From Nitrospirota bacterium (GTDB taxonomy: Bacteria > Nitrospirota > Thermodesulfovibrionia > Thermodesulfovibrionales > Dissulfurispiraceae), in NCBI GenBank assembly GCA_016212685.1, contig JACREW010000002.1:1-34815 (forward strand): a stretch of DNA of 34,815 bases. Direction: 5' to 3'. The notes beneath the pieces were generated by a model. The model worked only from the letters and a program-made list of their open reading frames with translations, did no database searches and was not told where the DNA came from. The position numbers and the translations under genes were made by a program. This document shows positions 33,328-34,815 of this stretch, piece by piece; the stretch's first letter is position 1, and every line of letters starts with the position of its first letter.

Positions 33328-34815
33328 GTCAGAGTTTAGAGTCAGGAGTTTAGAGTTGAAGGTTATATGGATATTCATAATTCTATTTTTTACTATTCTT
33401 TCAACTGCTGCCAATGCCGAGCCTATAAAAGTAAGTCTTCTCCTCGGCGATACGCATTCAAGGACTGCCATAGAGGCAATAAAATTAGTTCAGAGTCAAG
33501 AGTCCGGAGTTAAGAGTCATGATATTTCATTCCATGTACATCCATCAAAGGACATACGGAATAAAGACCTCAGGCATCTTAAGGAATCTGGGCTTGTGAT
33601 AATCAATATAATGGGAAGGCAGCTTGTAAATACTGTTAAGCCTGAGATTGAAGAGGCAATTAAAAACGGTGCAAAGGTATATGCCGTGGCAGCAAGCGGA
33701 TCGTATAATGATGAGGCCAAAAAACTGGGCATTTTATTGGACAAAAAAATAGAAGAGTATTATCAGCACGGAGGCATTGAAAATCTTAAAAACATGGTTC
33801 TTTACGCATTAAAGAAGGATTTCGATTTTGATGTCTCTTATGGTGATGTGATTAAACTCCCTGAATTCGGGATATACGATTACAGGACAAAGAAGGTTTT
33901 TGAGGATTTTGAGGAATACAAAAAGGTCTACAGTCAAGAGTCAAATCCCCCCTTACCCCCCTTTTCTAAAGGAGGGCATGGGGGGATTAATAAACCGTGG
34001 ATAGGGATGGTTTTTTATAAAAATACTGTTGAATCGGGCCAGACAAAACATCTTGATGCAGTAATTGAAAACCTTGAATCCTCCGGCTTTAATGTCCTGC
34101 CTGTGTACGGCTATCCATCGGAGAATGCGGTGGAGAGATTTTTCTTTAATGAAAGTGGAAAAAGCAGAGTAAATGCGGTAGTTGGCATGTCTTTAAAAAT
34201 GGGCTTGAATCCACAGGTTGCCATACCGCTTCTAACTAAACTGAATGTTCCTGTGATTGACGCCATCACCCTTTATAGCCAGTCAAGAGAGGAGTGGGAA
34301 AAATCCCCTGTGGGTCTTGATATCTTTGAAAGGTCATGGCAGATAGCAGGCCCTGAAATGGCTGGAATTATCCAGCCCACAGTTATTGCGTCAAAGGAGA
34401 AAGTGGTTGATAAAGAGACAGGCATTGAATACATAGAAGAAAGACCGATATCCGAAAGGATAGAGAGGCTTACAGAGAGAGTAAAGGCATGGATAAATCT
34501 TCAGGAAAAGGCAAATAAAGACAAGAGGATTGCCATAATCTATTACAACTACCCGCCCGGCAAGCAGAACATAGGGGCGTCTTATCTAAATGTTCTTCCT
34601 GAGAGCCTTTGGGAGATACTGAACAGGTTGAAGACGGAAGGGTATGGTATAGGAGATAAGGGATTATGCAGCTATGAAGAGCCGTCATTGCGAGGAGTGG
34701 AGCGACGAAGCAATCTTAAAAAAGACGAGATTGCTTCGCCTTCGGCTCGCAATGACAACAACAAGGAATACATCTGTATTAGTAGGGAACAACTTTTTAA
34801 TGATATCCACAATTA
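33314..34815 (+). CDS. CobN/Mg-chelatase-like protein with N-terminal signal/anchor sequence (3' end outside the window)
   Basis: The frame is open from ATG 33314 to the window end. It was not in the ORF track because no stop occurs. It has the hydrophobic N-terminus VIWIFIILFFTILSTAANA-EP. CobN-type motifs are present: RIAIIYYNYPPGKQNIGASYLNVLPESLWEILNRLKTEGY and GFNVLPVYGY. It overlaps the DUF2149 gene by 14 nt. Confidence 0.82.
   Translation, partial: MCLSRSEFRVRSLELKVIWIFIILFFTILSTAANAEPIKVSLLLGDTHSRTAIEAIKLVQSQESGVKSHDISFHVHPSKDIRNKDLRHLKESGLVIINIMGRQLVNTVKPEIEEAIKNGAKVYAVAASGSYNDEAKKLGILLDKKIEEYYQHGGIENLKNMVLYALKKDFDFDVSYGDVIKLPEFGIYDYRTKKVFEDFEEYKKVYSQESNPPLPPFSKGGHGGINKPWIGMVFYKNTVESGQTKHLDAVIENLESSGFNVLPVYGYPSENAVERFFFNESGKSRVNAVVGMSLKMGLNPQVAIPLLTKLNVPVIDAITLYSQSREEWEKSPVGLDIFERSWQIAGPEMAGIIQPTVIASKEKVVDKETGIEYIEERPISERIERLTERVKAWINLQEKANKDKRIAIIYYNYPPGKQNIGASYLNVLPESLWEILNRLKTEGYGIGDKGLCSYEEPSLRGVERRSNLKKDEIASPSARNDNNKEYICISREQLFNDIHN
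33324..33358. repeat. Five tandem heptamers (gtaggtc agagttt agagtca ggagttt agagttg) at the 5' end of the CobN-like gene
   Basis: Read directly from the sequence. It translates as SRSEFRVRSLEL. Confidence 0.7.
33491..33518. repeat. Four tandem heptamers (cagagtc aagagtc cggagtt aagagtc) inside the CobN-like gene
   Basis: Read directly from the sequence. It translates as QSQESGVKS. Confidence 0.7.
33944..33988. repeat. 45-bp GC-rich palindromic element inserted in-frame in the CobN-like gene
   Basis: aatccccccttaccccccttttctaaaggagggcatggggggatt is a near-perfect palindrome translating as NPPLPPFSKGGHGGI. It is preceded by two heptamers, cagtcaa gagtcaa. Confidence 0.85.
34684..34756. repeat. 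gtcattgcgag...ctcgcaatgac palindromic element inserted in-frame in the CobN-like gene
   Basis: gtcattgcgagg-agtggagcgacgaagcaatc-ttaaaaaagac-gagattgcttcgccttcgg-ctcgcaatgac. It translates as SLRGVERRSNLKKDEIASPSARND. Confidence 0.85.

Overview
This window looks like a chromosomal segment of about 45% GC from an uncultivated, probably anaerobic bacterium. The lineage is an inference from repeat content and gene types only. All product calls rest on motifs I recognise in the ORF translations; no database search was run.

Gene content, left to right:
- 3' part of secA, a cupin gene, cheV, a Zn-dependent alcohol dehydrogenase, and an interrupted TIGR02757/DUF2400 gene.
- A minus-strand metal-resistance super-operon of about 11.5 kb (16623 down to 5103). 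It couples a cytochrome c, an FMN-bind-like protein, a YtkA-domain polyferredoxin, several secreted beta-sandwich, Met/His-rich and Cys-motif proteins, and CusC/CusB/CusA-type RND efflux genes.
- A four-gene block (C-N hydrolase, HAMP histidine kinase, OmpR-type regulator, GalT-like) bracketed tightly by 140-bp inverted repeats.
- A NapH-like polyferredoxin, cca and dtd.
- A cbi/nikM-(PDGLE)-Q-O ECF Ni/Co importer.
- A cobalamin riboswitch followed by TonB-dependent receptor, TonB, DUF2162, ExbB-like, DUF2149 and an exported CobN-like chelatase that runs off the window.

Most notable observations:
1. A probable selenoprotein. An in-frame UGA replaces the first Cys of a CxxC motif and is followed by a SECIS-like hairpin. 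Read-through ends exactly in the RBS of the next gene.
2. A split NosR/CcoG-like redox module embedded in a Cus efflux operon.
3. A B12-riboswitch-controlled outer-membrane uptake cluster with a non-canonical energizing module and a secreted CobN-like protein.
4. Several families of short palindromic and heptamer/octamer repeats. Many are inserted in-frame in conserved genes.
5. An 11-bp-phased TATGAA direct-repeat motif upstream of three genes of the metal cluster.
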